Shown: one piece after another, positions 52,870 to 64,000 of the stretch
How the letters are laid out: each line of letters starts with the position of its first letter
Position numbering within the stretch: position 1 is the stretch's first letter
Source of the DNA: Amphiscolops sp. MND2022
Lineage: Eukaryota
Length of the DNA: 64,000 bases
Direction of reading: 5' to 3'
Assembly (NCBI GenBank): GCA_964187785.1
Contig: OZ076409.1
Coordinates: 51,338,001-51,402,000, forward strand
The notes under the pieces: model-generated
Seen by the model: only the letters and a program-made list of their open reading frames with translations
What the model was told of the DNA's origin: nothing
Databases searched by the model: none
Position numbers and translations under genes: made by a program

Positions 52870-54560
52870 ATTCATCAATGTTTGCTTCAAAACTTTTTTC
52901 AAAACCTTATAACGTAATCCATTGATGAAGCATAACGGGATTGGCCTTCTTTTTAGTGGCTTGCCAATCTTGACAAGATTTTGCAAAGATTTACTTCATC
53001 TTGGCAGCCACGACAATTTTCTTAGGGATGTAATTTTTCATTTCGAGTTTAAATCTTTCCGAGACAGACCGAATTTTAAAAATTCAAAGATTCGGTTGAT
53101 TCCAAGAAAACATGTTTTGGTTTTGTTTAATTATATTTAAAGTCTGTTGGGCTTCATTCAGATGAGATATTGGTTTGTTGCTGAAATAAATTTTAGGAGA
53201 GTTTCAGTTTTGACAGTTAGAGTTTTCAAAAATTTGTTTTCGGAGTGGGGAATTGAAAAAAAATTATCTCTAATTATATCCAGGAGGCAATTACTTCTGA
53301 GATATAATAGATGTTTGTTATAGTGCAAGTGGTTTGAAATGTTTTCACTGTCCTCAAAGCATTGATCTTTGGTCTTACTCCACCGATTTCAGATATAAAT
53401 CCACTGATTAATAGTGATTCGTTGCAGTGATCTTTGATCGTGTTCCGGTGGTTTTAGATAAGACTCCAGCGCTATTCAGGTTTGATTCCATTATTTCCTT
53501 CATTATGACATCAAAATTGATTCAAAAACTTTTTCTAACGCTGCCTTTTCTTGCTAATCTGCAGTTCTTACAGAGCGTTTTCTTGACGTCTTAGAGTTAT
53601 TACGAGTTTTCATTGAAACACGCCCTTCTTGATAAAACCTTTTCTCGTCAACATGGGCTCCATGTCAAATTTTCATACTGTAAGTGATTCGCCAGCCATG
53701 AGTTCCATTTTTTGTTGTAATGTTTCAGTTTCTTGAATGTTTTGGCCGGTGTTTGTACCATCATTTGCTTCTAAAGACGTAAAAATTACATCTTCTTGAT
53801 CACTATTGACATTCACACAAGTTTGCTTTTCCCTGGCTGGATCTCCTTGAACAAGGTTTTTACAAGCTATTGTGGGATTTCAAGCTAATTGTTCTAGATG
53901 TAACATCACCCTATTGCAGGCCGCATTGTCACAAATCGAAGTCTGAAACCTTTGAAGTAACCGTAAGTTACGCTGACCGCGAAAGTTGTCTAATAAGCGA
54001 GCAAGTTTGCTAAGGTACCAGTCCCCAAAATTGAAGAACTCTGAGTCCTAACAGCGCATCGAGAGACCGAATATAGCTAGAAAGATGGCAAGAAAACAGC
54101 GTACAAAAGGACTCCAGTACCAAGTGCTTTTCACGCGGAAACTGATAAGAAAGAACGCGATTCACGCACAACTTAGCACTTTTCTAGTAGTTGTAATGAA
54201 CTCTCAAAATGAGTCTTTTGGTTCTATTTATGCTCGTGGCTCCTTTCGTGTTGTTGTACAATGCCGACAATGTTTCATGAAAATATCTTAGCTTGTGAGC
54301 TACTAATCGCGAACACTCGATTTCAAAGGCTGATTAGGCGGTGGTGTTGAGCGAGGAAAAGCACAGTGCCCGTTATTTACAGCAGTTGCAGACTGGGACA
54401 GGTCAGCGAGTAAGACGTGGAACTTCCTCCCTGACGGGACACGTTTTTAGCTCGGGAGGCAAATTGGACTTATGGGGACAGGTGCCTGTGAAAGGGCAAA
54501 TACCCATTACATAGGTTCATCCACCTTCAATGACGCGAAAAGTGACGCCTACTACTTGCC
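52870..54560 (-). mobile_element. Decayed LTR-element 5' portion (LTR plus gag-like remnant)
   Basis: 54430-54472 is the reverse complement of LTR-like 36487-36530. The downstream minus-strand sequence looks like broken coding DNA. Boundaries are approximate. Confidence 0.35.
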
Positions 54561-54769
54561 GTTGCACCAGCAACTACTGCCAAGATCAAGGCAAGGAATG
54601 TTGTATTCTCAGATATTATACCTTTTCAAGGCGAACTAAATCAAAACTCCAACGGATATCGACATCCGTTAGAACAAAATAAACATGCAGGTTGTTCCCA
54701 TTGAATTTCGTCAAACTTTACAGAAGTTTATCATCAATCTTCATAGCTTACAATGCCAAGATGTAGTTC

Positions 54770-55660
54770 TTGCATTGGACCAATTCCAAATTTCGGAACA
54801 AGATAAACAACGGTTTCTTGATGCCTACTAGTACGAAGCTACCAAAGATTTCATACGGTTATCAATCTCGGCGATCAATCTCGGAATCAACAGAACCACT
54901 GTATATAGCATAATTCGCACAGGTTCTGCGATTAACAGAGATCGAGGAGGGACAGGCGCTAACTGAAAAGTGGACCACGTGTGGGTAAATAGAGCAATTG
55001 AGTTTTCGGAAAACAACCCCCTGTTTGTTGATCCTAAAATAACCTAACGCAGAGAACTTAACGACACTACGCATGTCAAGACAAGCCTATGTTTAGCGAC
55101 CAAGAGGTGTGAATATTCATACAAGGTGTAGTCAAGCACGTTCGAGAAAAGGAGAAAGAAACTATCGAAAAGTAAGGGGTAACGTGGACCGTATATCACG
55201 TGGACCGCACATTTGAATTGCAGTATCTAGTACTCAAGGATTATCTCTCTATTGAATTTTTTGCTCGAAGTTTCATGTAGCAATGAGGGCATGGATAATA
55301 CCAAAGCATCTGGCAGATGTGCTTATGATGATGCGAAGCTTCTTGTTTAGCAAGATGTCCCCGACAATTTTACTCTGACGAAACTACATAGATGTTCACC
55401 ACATTCAAATGTGGCTGAAAATGCAATCAATTGTTGGAAACAAGCAAAAAAAGAATCCTCTAGCAATTATAAGGCACGAATTGATAGTGCCAACGGATTA
55501 ACAACTGCGAGAGGAGTCTCCAAGCTCATCGATTTGATACAACTAAAGACATTATCAGTTACACTGCACGGGTAGTCACGCCATCGAAATGTTCATCTTG
55601 GTACAACCACACAACCACGTATTTGCCAGCTTGTATTGGGCGAGAAAACAATCAGGGTTA
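54770..55660 (+). pseudogene. Tc1/mariner-IS630-type DDE transposase relic
   Basis: An HTH-like ISEQDKQRFLDAY...LGINRTTVYSIIR...RGG is followed by catalytic-domain remnants MDN (55291) and SPHSNVAENAINCWKQ (55396-55443), which resemble SPxLNPIE..W. Many disruptions are present. Confidence 0.65.
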
Positions 55661-56446
55661 ACTCAGGTTATTTTCAATTAAATTTGTTCAATTCTATTTG
55701 AGTTTTACGGTTCCTTCTCTTTCAATTTACTTATGATTGAATCCGTATTACTTTTCAATATTTGTTTGAATTCGATCTGAGTTTGATAAACAAGCAGGGC
55801 GTTTTGAATTTTTTCGCCCCAAAATGGTTTAGTATAAAACAGGGTAGTAAAAGAATCTCTTGTTCTTAGTATCTAAAATCTATAGCGATCAAAACATAAA
55901 TATATATATCTACGTTTTACATCTGGATTTCATTGTATGTAAATAATGGCAGGTATCGTCTATAACCGAAACTTGGTAGAGGTCATGACGGTTGAACCAT
56001 GTAACAGCTGAAATTTTAGCACCGAAACTTTGTATTTATACTTGATCCGTCATTTTCAAAAGTGTCACTGGGGATAAAAATGCTTCATTAAGTGCGTTTT
56101 TGACCATTCAGAATACTTCACCGTTCATACTTCTACTTCCGCGTCTTTATGTGATCACGTGGCAGTGACAATCAGGTTAAGCTACATTCCAAATAAACAA
56201 TCGGTAGTTCTGTCAACAAACATTCCCAACATTGCATCTGGTGAAAATCATTCGAATTATTTGCAAAAGGTTCTTTTTAAGCATGTCACTTGTTGTTTTG
56301 TTCCTGAAGAAACTAAAATTCTCAATTTCAGTCAGGGTCTTTAAAATTTTTTCCTCCACCAGTTTCTGCTTCCTTTTCATCGCAAACAACTCCTGTAACT
56401 TTACTTCAAGCCATATACCACTTGATTGAGAGGTGAAGCTGATTTT

Positions 56447-57124
56447 TTAGTGATGTGGGATACTTGGGTTTCGAGCCCAACTAAAACAATAAATTTCATG
56501 ATTCAATGTTGTGGAAAACCAAAGGGTCCAACTGTCGTAAGCACAAGTATCTGAGGTTGTGAATCCGTCTCTCTCACGATTACCTAGTGTCTTACTCTTC
56601 AAATTGTTTCTAGAGTCTGAATTACGCAGAACTTCAGAATATCCTTCCGGTCTCTCAGACGGAACGTTCCATCTCTCTCTGGTCATATGTCCGGACTCGG
56701 CCATAAGGGCATTTTGAATCTGAGGAAGAACTTGATTACTAATTGCTTCACTTATAGCTCTTTGAATCTGCACACTGACGCTGTTCATCATCTCATCCAT
56801 CTCCCGAGATATACGGGAATTCAACTCACTCGACAATCTGTTGATCTCGGCGTTAGAACTACCTCTAGCTGAGTTCTGGCCTAGTTCGGCATGTGGACTA
56901 GGTCCATCGTTCTCAGAGTTAGATAACCTATTTCCACCCTCATTTCCAAATTCGTCGCTAAACGGACTACCAGGTCTTCTGGCCTGGTTGCTATTTAGGC
57001 TCTCACTTCTTTCATTTCTATTATAATGGTTTCCTCCAAGCATTATGTCTAAATTCTCAATATCTGACAACATTTCTGCCTCTCTTGATTTTCTCGCTTT
57101 CTTTTGTTTCCTTGTGGTAGGCAT
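56447..57124 (-). CDS. Element-encoded protein N-terminus (basic N-term plus coiled coil; possibly gag leader), running out of the element at 56533
   Basis: This ATG-initiated 225-aa ORF begins MPTTRKQKKARKSR and has the helical segment EINRLSSELNSRISREMDEMMNSVSVQIQRAISEAISNQVLPQIQNAL. The last ~28 aa after CAYD come from flanking DNA. Confidence 0.55.
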   Translation of the reverse strand: MPTTRKQKKARKSREAEMLSDIENLDIMLGGNHYNRNERSESLNSNQARRPGSPFSDEFGNEGGNRLSNSENDGPSPHAELGQNSARGSSNAEINRLSSELNSRISREMDEMMNSVSVQIQRAISEAISNQVLPQIQNALMAESGHMTRERWNVPSERPEGYSEVLRNSDSRNNLKSKTLGNRERDGFTTSDTCAYDSWTLWFSTTLNHEIYCFSWARNPSIPHH

Positions 57125-58287
57125 TGAAACTAAACCGGGTTGAACAATTCAATTATTAAAACCGGAAAACTGACAAACGTCGTTGTAAAATCAATCTTTA
57201 TCAAAGCAAGGTTATGAAAAAAGTGTCTCCCTTTGCAGGAAAGTGACTATATATACTCCTGAAAGATGACACTTGCATTCCACGGATTCTTTGATCAAGA
57301 TAATATCATGTGGTTATGTCCTCAACAGGTCATGTGACAAATACCATTACTGCATCGGGTATTAATACTTCAAAGCAACTATTTTAGGGTGATGTCCCGA
57401 TTGGGAAAATTCCTAACATTTTACAATCACAACTATTCATTCATCAAAGGCGGCGTCAAAATATTTACTAGCGCATCAAATGAAATTTCCGTCTATCAAA
57501 GGAACTCGTACTCATCATGAATATAAATAACATTGCATACATTCCTTTCTGGCACGTGCCACCACGTGATCTAAATTAGCTTTGCAGCAGTGTGAAGCAC
57601 CTCATGTTATTAGGCCCAATACGGCCAATTGACATGTTAATGGTTATATGCGTTGATTAACCGATTAGCCCCAAATACATGTACTGCATCACTTTTCAAA
57701 GGAACGTAACAATTCCAATGGCCGGGAATAGCCGGCTAATTAATGGGCAAGTACTAATGAAATATGGCCTTAAGGGCATAGCAAAAGGTTGGGTATTAAA
57801 ATGAAGCATCAGTTAAGAACAAAGATCTGGCTATTATGAAAACACAAACTCAACAAACATGATTTGTTACATGTCAAATTATCACCTTATTTCAATCTTG
57901 AACTAATGGGACGGAACCGGCCATTTGACCAGTGTACCAAAAGAGAATATTAAAAGCGCGGCAACTGGCCTTACTCGGCCATTAATTAAATAGCATCAAC
58001 AAACGAGATTGCATACTGCGATATGATTGGTTAAGGTAACGTGCTCAAGTGACGCTGCCGGTACATTGCCGTACGTCACTTGAACTCGTTTCCTATACTG
58101 CCTTACAGTCGCTTGTTTCATTGTATTTTCTATCACTTTAAATTAGCGCCTTACAACTCCATCAACTCGATTGAAATTTCCAATTGTTAGATTTAACAGA
58201 CTAATTGTATATAAAATGAGTGTCATCACTGATCATAATGCACAAAATAACAAAATGGCGTGAAAGTTTGATATCAATTGTAAGTTC

Positions 58288-59070
58288 TTAATAAATAGGT
58301 AAGGTTCCGGGTACATATTCTTGACCAACTGCCGAAGTAGTTACCGTCGTGCCGTCACAGGCGGCAGCCTGCGACACTGCGGGTGTTATGAAAAGGAAGC
58401 ATCCCGCATTAAGCCCATTCTCGTAGGCCTCTTTCCTCAACTTCGTGATGTGCTCGGGCTCGTTCCTTGGGGTGGATCGTTCCATATACCATCTGACTCT
58501 CTCACTCTTGATTGCGTCTACAGAGCGGCCGCAAACCATACACCCAGTATATTGGGTCTCGCTGACGTTTTGGTAGGGCACCGAGTTCTGCACGTGATAA
58601 GACACATGAAAATCACTTACTGCGGGCTGGACCAGAGGAGTGTCCTGGCTTGGCCCCCTCTCATGGATTGGTGGAGACATCGGTGATTCTAGCACTGGCA
58701 GCAGCGTCTTGCAGAGCTCAATTCGCGATTTCTCCGCTCTTTTTGACGGGGCATAGCACCTTTCGTGATCAAATTATTTTGTGTCTAACTTGGGAGTCAC
58801 ATCTTGCCCCGGCTGCCTGGTGCTTGGTCCTGCGACCATTTCTTCCTCCATACTGCTAGTCGTCATGACACGTCCGGCAATTAGAATGGGGCTGGACACT
58901 ACCTGCTTCTCCACCCTTCTGATCATTTCGTCCGTGTCCGTCGACCAGTCTGAGTCCAAATCAACTGAGGTTTCCTCATCGCTGCTTATGTAAATGACTG
59001 AATCGCCTGATGAGTCTGAGTCCAGTTCAGCCATCTCGAAGAGCTTTCCAGATTTTGCGTATTTATCCAT
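58288..59070 (-). pseudogene. About 260-codon ORF (acidic SIM-like N-terminus, CxxC C-terminus) interrupted by one in-frame TAA at 58774-58776
   Basis: The track ORFs 58774-59118 and 58288-58695 are in the same frame, and the 78 nt between them are open (FDHERCYAPSKRAEKSRIELCKTLLP). The ATG is at 59070 and a TATA-like TTTATAAA lies at about 59140. Confidence 0.6.
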
Positions 59071-59252
59071 GATGAATTTTTTAGCTATTTTGAAGTTTCT
59101 GAAGGCAACTAGCTGCAAGTGAGATTCAAAGTTGAATGAATTTATAAAACTCTCCTCAGGCCGACTCGGGCCGTTTTCCCGGGGTTTCGTTTCAGCGGCA
59201 AAATCTTTGGTTAATCGGTCTGATCCATCGTAAACTTTCCTGAATGGAGTTT
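58739..59252 (+). repeat. Near-identical direct repeat, copy 1 (copy 2 at 63487-64000+)
   Basis: The offset is 4748 bp; I found only one mismatch by eye over 514 bp. Confidence 0.95.
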
Positions 59253-59978
59253 CTCAGCGGCGGTTCGCCCTTTGAATATCGGAACGCTGCCCCCCGAGCC
59301 CACCCTCTCAAGTAGGTAATAAGAGAGGTGTTAAGTTGACAACAACAAATAATACCGCTTTCAAGTGGGTAATCAATATCGAGCTTGATAGTAATTAACG
59401 GCATGCGTCAGGCGAAGTCTACCAAATGGCATCAGCCAATCAAATTTGAGCTTCGATAAATTTGAAAAACGAATAATAAAGATGGCGAAAAATAATAATT
59501 TGAATAACTAAAATGACGAAAATGATAAATCAAAATAATTTAAAATGGCGGAAATAGCAATTTGAGTAACTATAATAACGGAAGTCCCAATTAGGATAAC
59601 AAACGAAATGGAACAAGATGATAAACTGAAATAGGCTAAACGGCCGTAATCGGCCAATAATTCCATAAGTTGTAAATAATGAAGTAATCTTTGTACATTT
59701 CGCTGGCAGACTCCATGTACAGAATAAATATGTAAATAATCCCGTAATATTAGTCTGGTAATTCCTTCAGCCACGAACTCCAACTTTCTCTCTTTTAATT
59801 GTTACATTATTTGATTCACCTACTATTTACTCCTTACTCTTTCCATTATTCTCCTTTGTCTACGACCCTAGTTTTGCATTTATTGGGCTCACTCGTAATT
59901 CCATTGCCAGCATCACCTCCACGCAGGTCCCCGATTTCTTCTTCTTCTTTTGTCCGAATCCAGCTGTTCAATCCAATC

Positions 59979-62900
59979 ATGTCGGACCGACAAGGACTTT
60001 CCCCGGAAGAGCAAAGACTTCAGTGCCAAGAGATCGCTAACACAGGTTGGTTTGAGTAATCATATTTTGAACTAATTAACGTGATCAAGGTTAACTTTGT
60101 TCATAAACTGCTTCCTGTTTCCATCAAAAGACACGTGATAACACGTCTATTTAAAATTTCAAACACTTCCGGAAGATTTCTAAAGCGGTCAAAATGGACT
60201 TTTTCCAAGGAAGCACACCGCCAAATTTCATTTCTTTCTGTTTAGTTGGCCAGAATGAAGATGAGCCACAAACTTCTTCCAACACTGTTCCGGATCTCTC
60301 TGTTGCACTAATTCAAGAGGTTAGCCCGCCTTCTAATGCTGATCCAGTTCGGCCCCCTGTTCCTTCTCCTCCACCTTTTCCGCCACTGGTTCCTACAACT
60401 TCCCGGAATCAAACTGGGGAAATGACTCCCCTTTATAGTCCCGACAGTAACACAGATGTTACTTCTTATGCCGATGAGATGGTCCAACGGCTAGAGGATG
60501 CACATGCTAGGCGCATAGCTGAAGCAGACGTCACGATCGATACAGCTCTCAATACGGCCCTCAACTCGCAAGTTCCGGAGAGTAATTTGAATCCCCTCCT
60601 CCCAAGGTCAAGTACTCCAACTCTTGATGCTGAAACAGCTGGGCTGTCCGCCAACCTGTCGCAACTCGAGACTGCTCTTGGCGTTGTCATCGGTACACAG
60701 TCTGACTTGCCGATTCTCGTTCCAGTTCCTTTACAAACAGAATTGCGGGAGCGAAGTGATGGGGATAACGCGTCCTCCACTTGTGACTTTCCTGGGCTGC
60801 CCAAAGATAATCCAAAGGTCCACTTCTTGACCGATGACCCTACTGAGAGTGAGAAGACTGGTGACGACACAAGTCATGTAGAAGAACCAGCCCTCTACAG
60901 CTCTGTCCCTTTTGGATCTGAATCCGGAACTGAAGCCGGGGATGAGTCAGGACCAGGACATGACACTGTGGGACCTGGTATGCCTTCCAGCTCTCGGGGA
61001 CCTGATGACCACCTTCCAGAACTAACCGGTCGAAGCCGAGCCATCTTGAAGACATACTTTGCTGACACCAAGCCATTTAACCTACCGCTAGGACACCCCA
61101 CTGTGGCTTTTACTGAGGCCCAGATGTATCATTTGCTACGAGTCCTGAGTGATGAAACTCTTCGAATGTCCTACTCTACCATGGAGAAGATGGTCGTCGA
61201 TGCCGTCAGAGGTAAACCTACTGTTGCACCCTCTAAGACGTCCCACTTCCTCATCAGGAACAGAGCACAGACTCCAGGCAGATGGGATCAGAACGACCAG
61301 AGCTCTTCAGAAGCTGAGTACGACTCGAGCGCGGACTCCAGGGCCTTAACTCCTACCAGTGCAGGAGATACAGGAGATTCTTCCTTCGAAGGGGAATCGG
61401 ACAGTGCCACTGAAATGGCTTTGATTTCAGCTACCTTGGGAGGCGAATCCCAACTTGTTCGATCTTCTCAAGAAAAGGACAGATTTGCTGCCACATGTAC
61501 CACAGGTGGTGATGAGACCACAGGCCCCAGTAGTCAGGAAACTACACTTCTAGAGCTCCAACAGCAAGCCCGAGGGACAAAGGCGAAAGGTTCTTCTGGG
61601 CGCAAACTCTCCACTAAACCAAGAAAACTTGCCAGTCGAGGGGTCCCAATGCGGGAAGAATTTTTCGCCAAGATCGGGTGGACCCGATCTTTCATCTCTG
61701 GACCCGCTGATCCGGTACACAATCCACATATGGTCTGGTGCCATATGTGCAAAAAGAACTTTTCAATTCGGTCCAAGGGCGCTTTCGAAATTTTACGCCA
61801 CCATCGTACAGAGAGACACCTGCGACGAGACCAACGTTGGAGGTACGAACACCTCAAGAGTGTGGACCCATCCAGTGGGAAGATACGGCATCGGGTCCGA
61901 GGTCGGAATGGGAAAGTACTGACCGCAATCGAGCTGGCCAAAGAATTGCCGAAGTTCATTCACACTGAACTTGTAGACGTAGGAGAGAGATTTCCCTTCT
62001 ACGACGATTTCATGCAAGGGCGACCTACTGCCTTAGTCACCTCTGAGTCGCGGGCAAAACTACAGCTGTCCATCATAGAAGACTTCCTACAGACCCAAGG
62101 CGACTTCTCGCTGCTGAAGAGTCTGTGGTCGAGAATCAGTGCCCACACCGACTACCAGGCTAACTTGTGCGATTTCGATTGGTCAGAAGAGCGTATTACG
62201 GTGGGTTCTTTTCTGTAAGTTGACCAATCGCTTTTGCGTTATCGACCAAGTTACTAAATGTACTTGTCCATTTCAGGCCATCTTCCAACACTTCTTTAAC
62301 TGCGCTATGAACCACTTGGCAGAACAGATTACGGCTGAGCAGTGCTTTGCCATAGAGTTCGAGGACAGGGGCCCTAACCGGTACATGACAGCACGATACT
62401 GGGAGGGCCAAAATCTTCACCGGGTCCTCATCTGCAGGAGCCAACTACCAGCTACTGACCTGACCGGGGAACTGGGATCATTGTCCCGACTGTTGTCTGT
62501 CGTTTCCACCAAGGCTGACATAGTGGCGTGCTCCGGAAGCTCTGTCGATCTTCTTCGCACAATTGATTATTCTCCCCTCTTCTCCCGCGCTGTGCAGAGT
62601 TGTTTCCGGTTTGACCAATTGGATCTACCCAAGATGATGCATAAGACCAGTTACAGTGTCTTTGGCCACATAGATTTTTTCTCAGTCCTACGTGGTCTGG
62701 TTATCTCTCTTGGTGGAGCGCATTCCGAAGACTGGTACCAACGCAGTCCAGAGCTAGCCCAGGTAAATAACGTTCACCTTCCTAGTGTTGTAATCGTGAT
62801 CAATCAGGTGTTAACTGGGGGGGGGGAGGAGCGAATTCCCCTAGTTGTTCGAGTTTAAGTTGTGATTTCCTTCCCAGGCCATATCCAGCTGCAAATTGGA

Positions 62901-63222
62901 GCTCTCCACTTTACCGACCCTTTGCCAGGAACTGATCGAGGAGTGGAAGCCGATAACAAGCTACTTGACGACGCACGTGCCAAAGCAACAAGGTCAAGGA
63001 GTCCGTACTCGGGTAAGTAACCAGATCCTTACAGCCTTTAAATATATGCTGATTAGGAGTTGCTTGAGGTATATAGAAGGATGAGTCCCCATTTCCGTTC
63101 AGTGTCTATTGTACTAATACAGGGCCTTATTACAGGTGCAAAGTTTTGAGTGGGGGCTAATTTGTGACGAATTTATTCTTGTCAAGCTGGAACTCTTCTG
63201 CCGGATCGTCAGTGACTGTTAG
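59979..63222 (+). CDS. 5-exon gene, about 909 aa: disordered N-terminus, BED/C2H2-type zinc finger, putative degenerate hAT-transposase-like C-terminal domain
   Basis: Exons are 59979-60045, 60246-62200, 62277-62762, 62878-63012 and 63136-63222. All introns are GT-AG and join five reading segments in frame (2730 nt, TAG stop). The zinc finger is VWCHMCKKNFSIRSKGAFEILRHHRTERH. Confidence 0.8.
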
Positions 63223-63486
63223 TGTACCTTTATTATCTTTAGACAGGTTTTCTACTCTAAACTGCATCAATTCCTTTCCTTAGATAACACTAGCTTCATT
63301 GTCAACACTCATCATAGACGAGACGCCTCATTCTTCCTCTGTGGGGAGGTTTCCAAATTCGTCTACCAGCTGTGCTTCAGATGTTTCACTAGCGACTCGG
63401 TTCCTTTGCCAAGTGCCTGGTTTCTCCTCCTGGGATTCCAAGTGGGTGACGGAACCCTCATGACTGCTGGAGAATTCCTTGTCCGG

Positions 63487-64000
63487 CTTTTTGACGGGGC
63501 ATAGCACCTTTCGTGATCAAATTATTTTGTGTCTAACTTGGGAGTCACATCTTGCCCCGGCTGCCTGGTGCTTGGTCCTGCGACCATTTCTTCCTCCATA
63601 CTGCTAGTCGTCATGACACGTCCGGCAATTAGAATGGGGCTGGACACTACCTGCTTCTCCACCCTTCTGATCATTTCGTCCGTGTCCGTCGACCAGTCTG
63701 AGTCCAAATCAACTGAGGTTTCCTCATCGCTGCTTATGTAAATGACTGAATCGCCTGATGAGTCTGAGTCCAGTTCAGCCATCTCGAAGAGCTTTCCAGA
63801 TTTTGCGTATTTATCCATGATGAATTTTTTAGCTATTTTGAAGTTTCTGAAGGCAACTAGCTGCAAGTGAGATTCAAAGTTGAATGAATTTATAAAACTC
63901 TCCTCAGGCCGACTCGGGCCGTTTTCCCGGGGTTTCGTTTCAGCGGCAAAATCTTTGGTTATTCGGTCTGATCCATCGTAAACTTTCCTGAATGGAGTTT
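63487..64000 (+). repeat. Near-identical direct repeat, copy 2, including a second copy of the SIM-like ORF N-terminus (63522-63818, minus strand)
   Basis: The 114-aa translation is identical to 58774-59118. The repeat runs off the window end. Confidence 0.95.

Larger units (their letters stand above)
56533..64000 (-). mobile_element. Large young multi-gene mobile element (LTR-retrotransposon-like end), extending beyond the window
   Basis: A sharp boundary TGTCGTAAGCAC at 56533 (…CGACA on the minus strand) separates decayed AT-rich flank from clean ORFs. There is a near-identical internal duplication. No RT or integrase is visible in the window, so the class is inferred. Confidence 0.55.

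Noticed and set aside
55700..56532. Possible decayed coding sequence flanking the large element
   Set aside because: No recognisable motif could be supported by eye.
60194..60245. ATG at 60194 as start of a 674-aa single-exon protein
   Set aside because: This stretch includes a polypyrimidine tract and TTTAG acceptor. An upstream exon (59979-60045) splices in frame, so the stretch is better read as intron.
60466..61959. Minus-strand ORFs (134 aa, 141 aa) overlapping the zinc-finger gene
   Set aside because: They are antisense shadows of a long GC-balanced coding exon, with no independent motifs.

Overview
Eukaryotic, AT-rich, transposon-dense window that looks like invertebrate animal DNA, with a 200-N assembly gap at 32772-32971. 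Host genes: two intact tandem minus-strand paralogs of an S10 serine carboxypeptidase (cathepsin A-like), at 20166-28525 and 39364-48416. Each has 8 exons that I reconstructed by hand, with GT-AG junctions, a signal peptide and the Ser-Asp-His triad. Most of the rest is mobile DNA: a full-length but inactivated BEL/Pao LTR element (3651-10669) nested in an older Pao relic, a Penelope-like 3' fragment with a hammerhead-ribozyme motif, two decayed Gypsy elements, solo or partial LTRs, a Tc1/IS630 relic, piggyBac- and CMC-type MITEs, and many Helentron-type non-autonomous elements. Two things stand out. (1) A young element from 56533 to beyond the window end has a TG terminus that cuts a minus-strand ORF. 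It carries an intact 5-exon, about 909-aa gene on the opposite strand (BED/C2H2 zinc finger plus an apparently hAT-transposase-derived domain), a divergently transcribed small protein with a SUMO-interacting-like motif, and a near-identical internal duplication. (2) Two independent BEL/Pao elements carry an SGNH-hydrolase-like accessory ORF upstream of gag. All assignments come from reading motifs by eye; no database searches were run.
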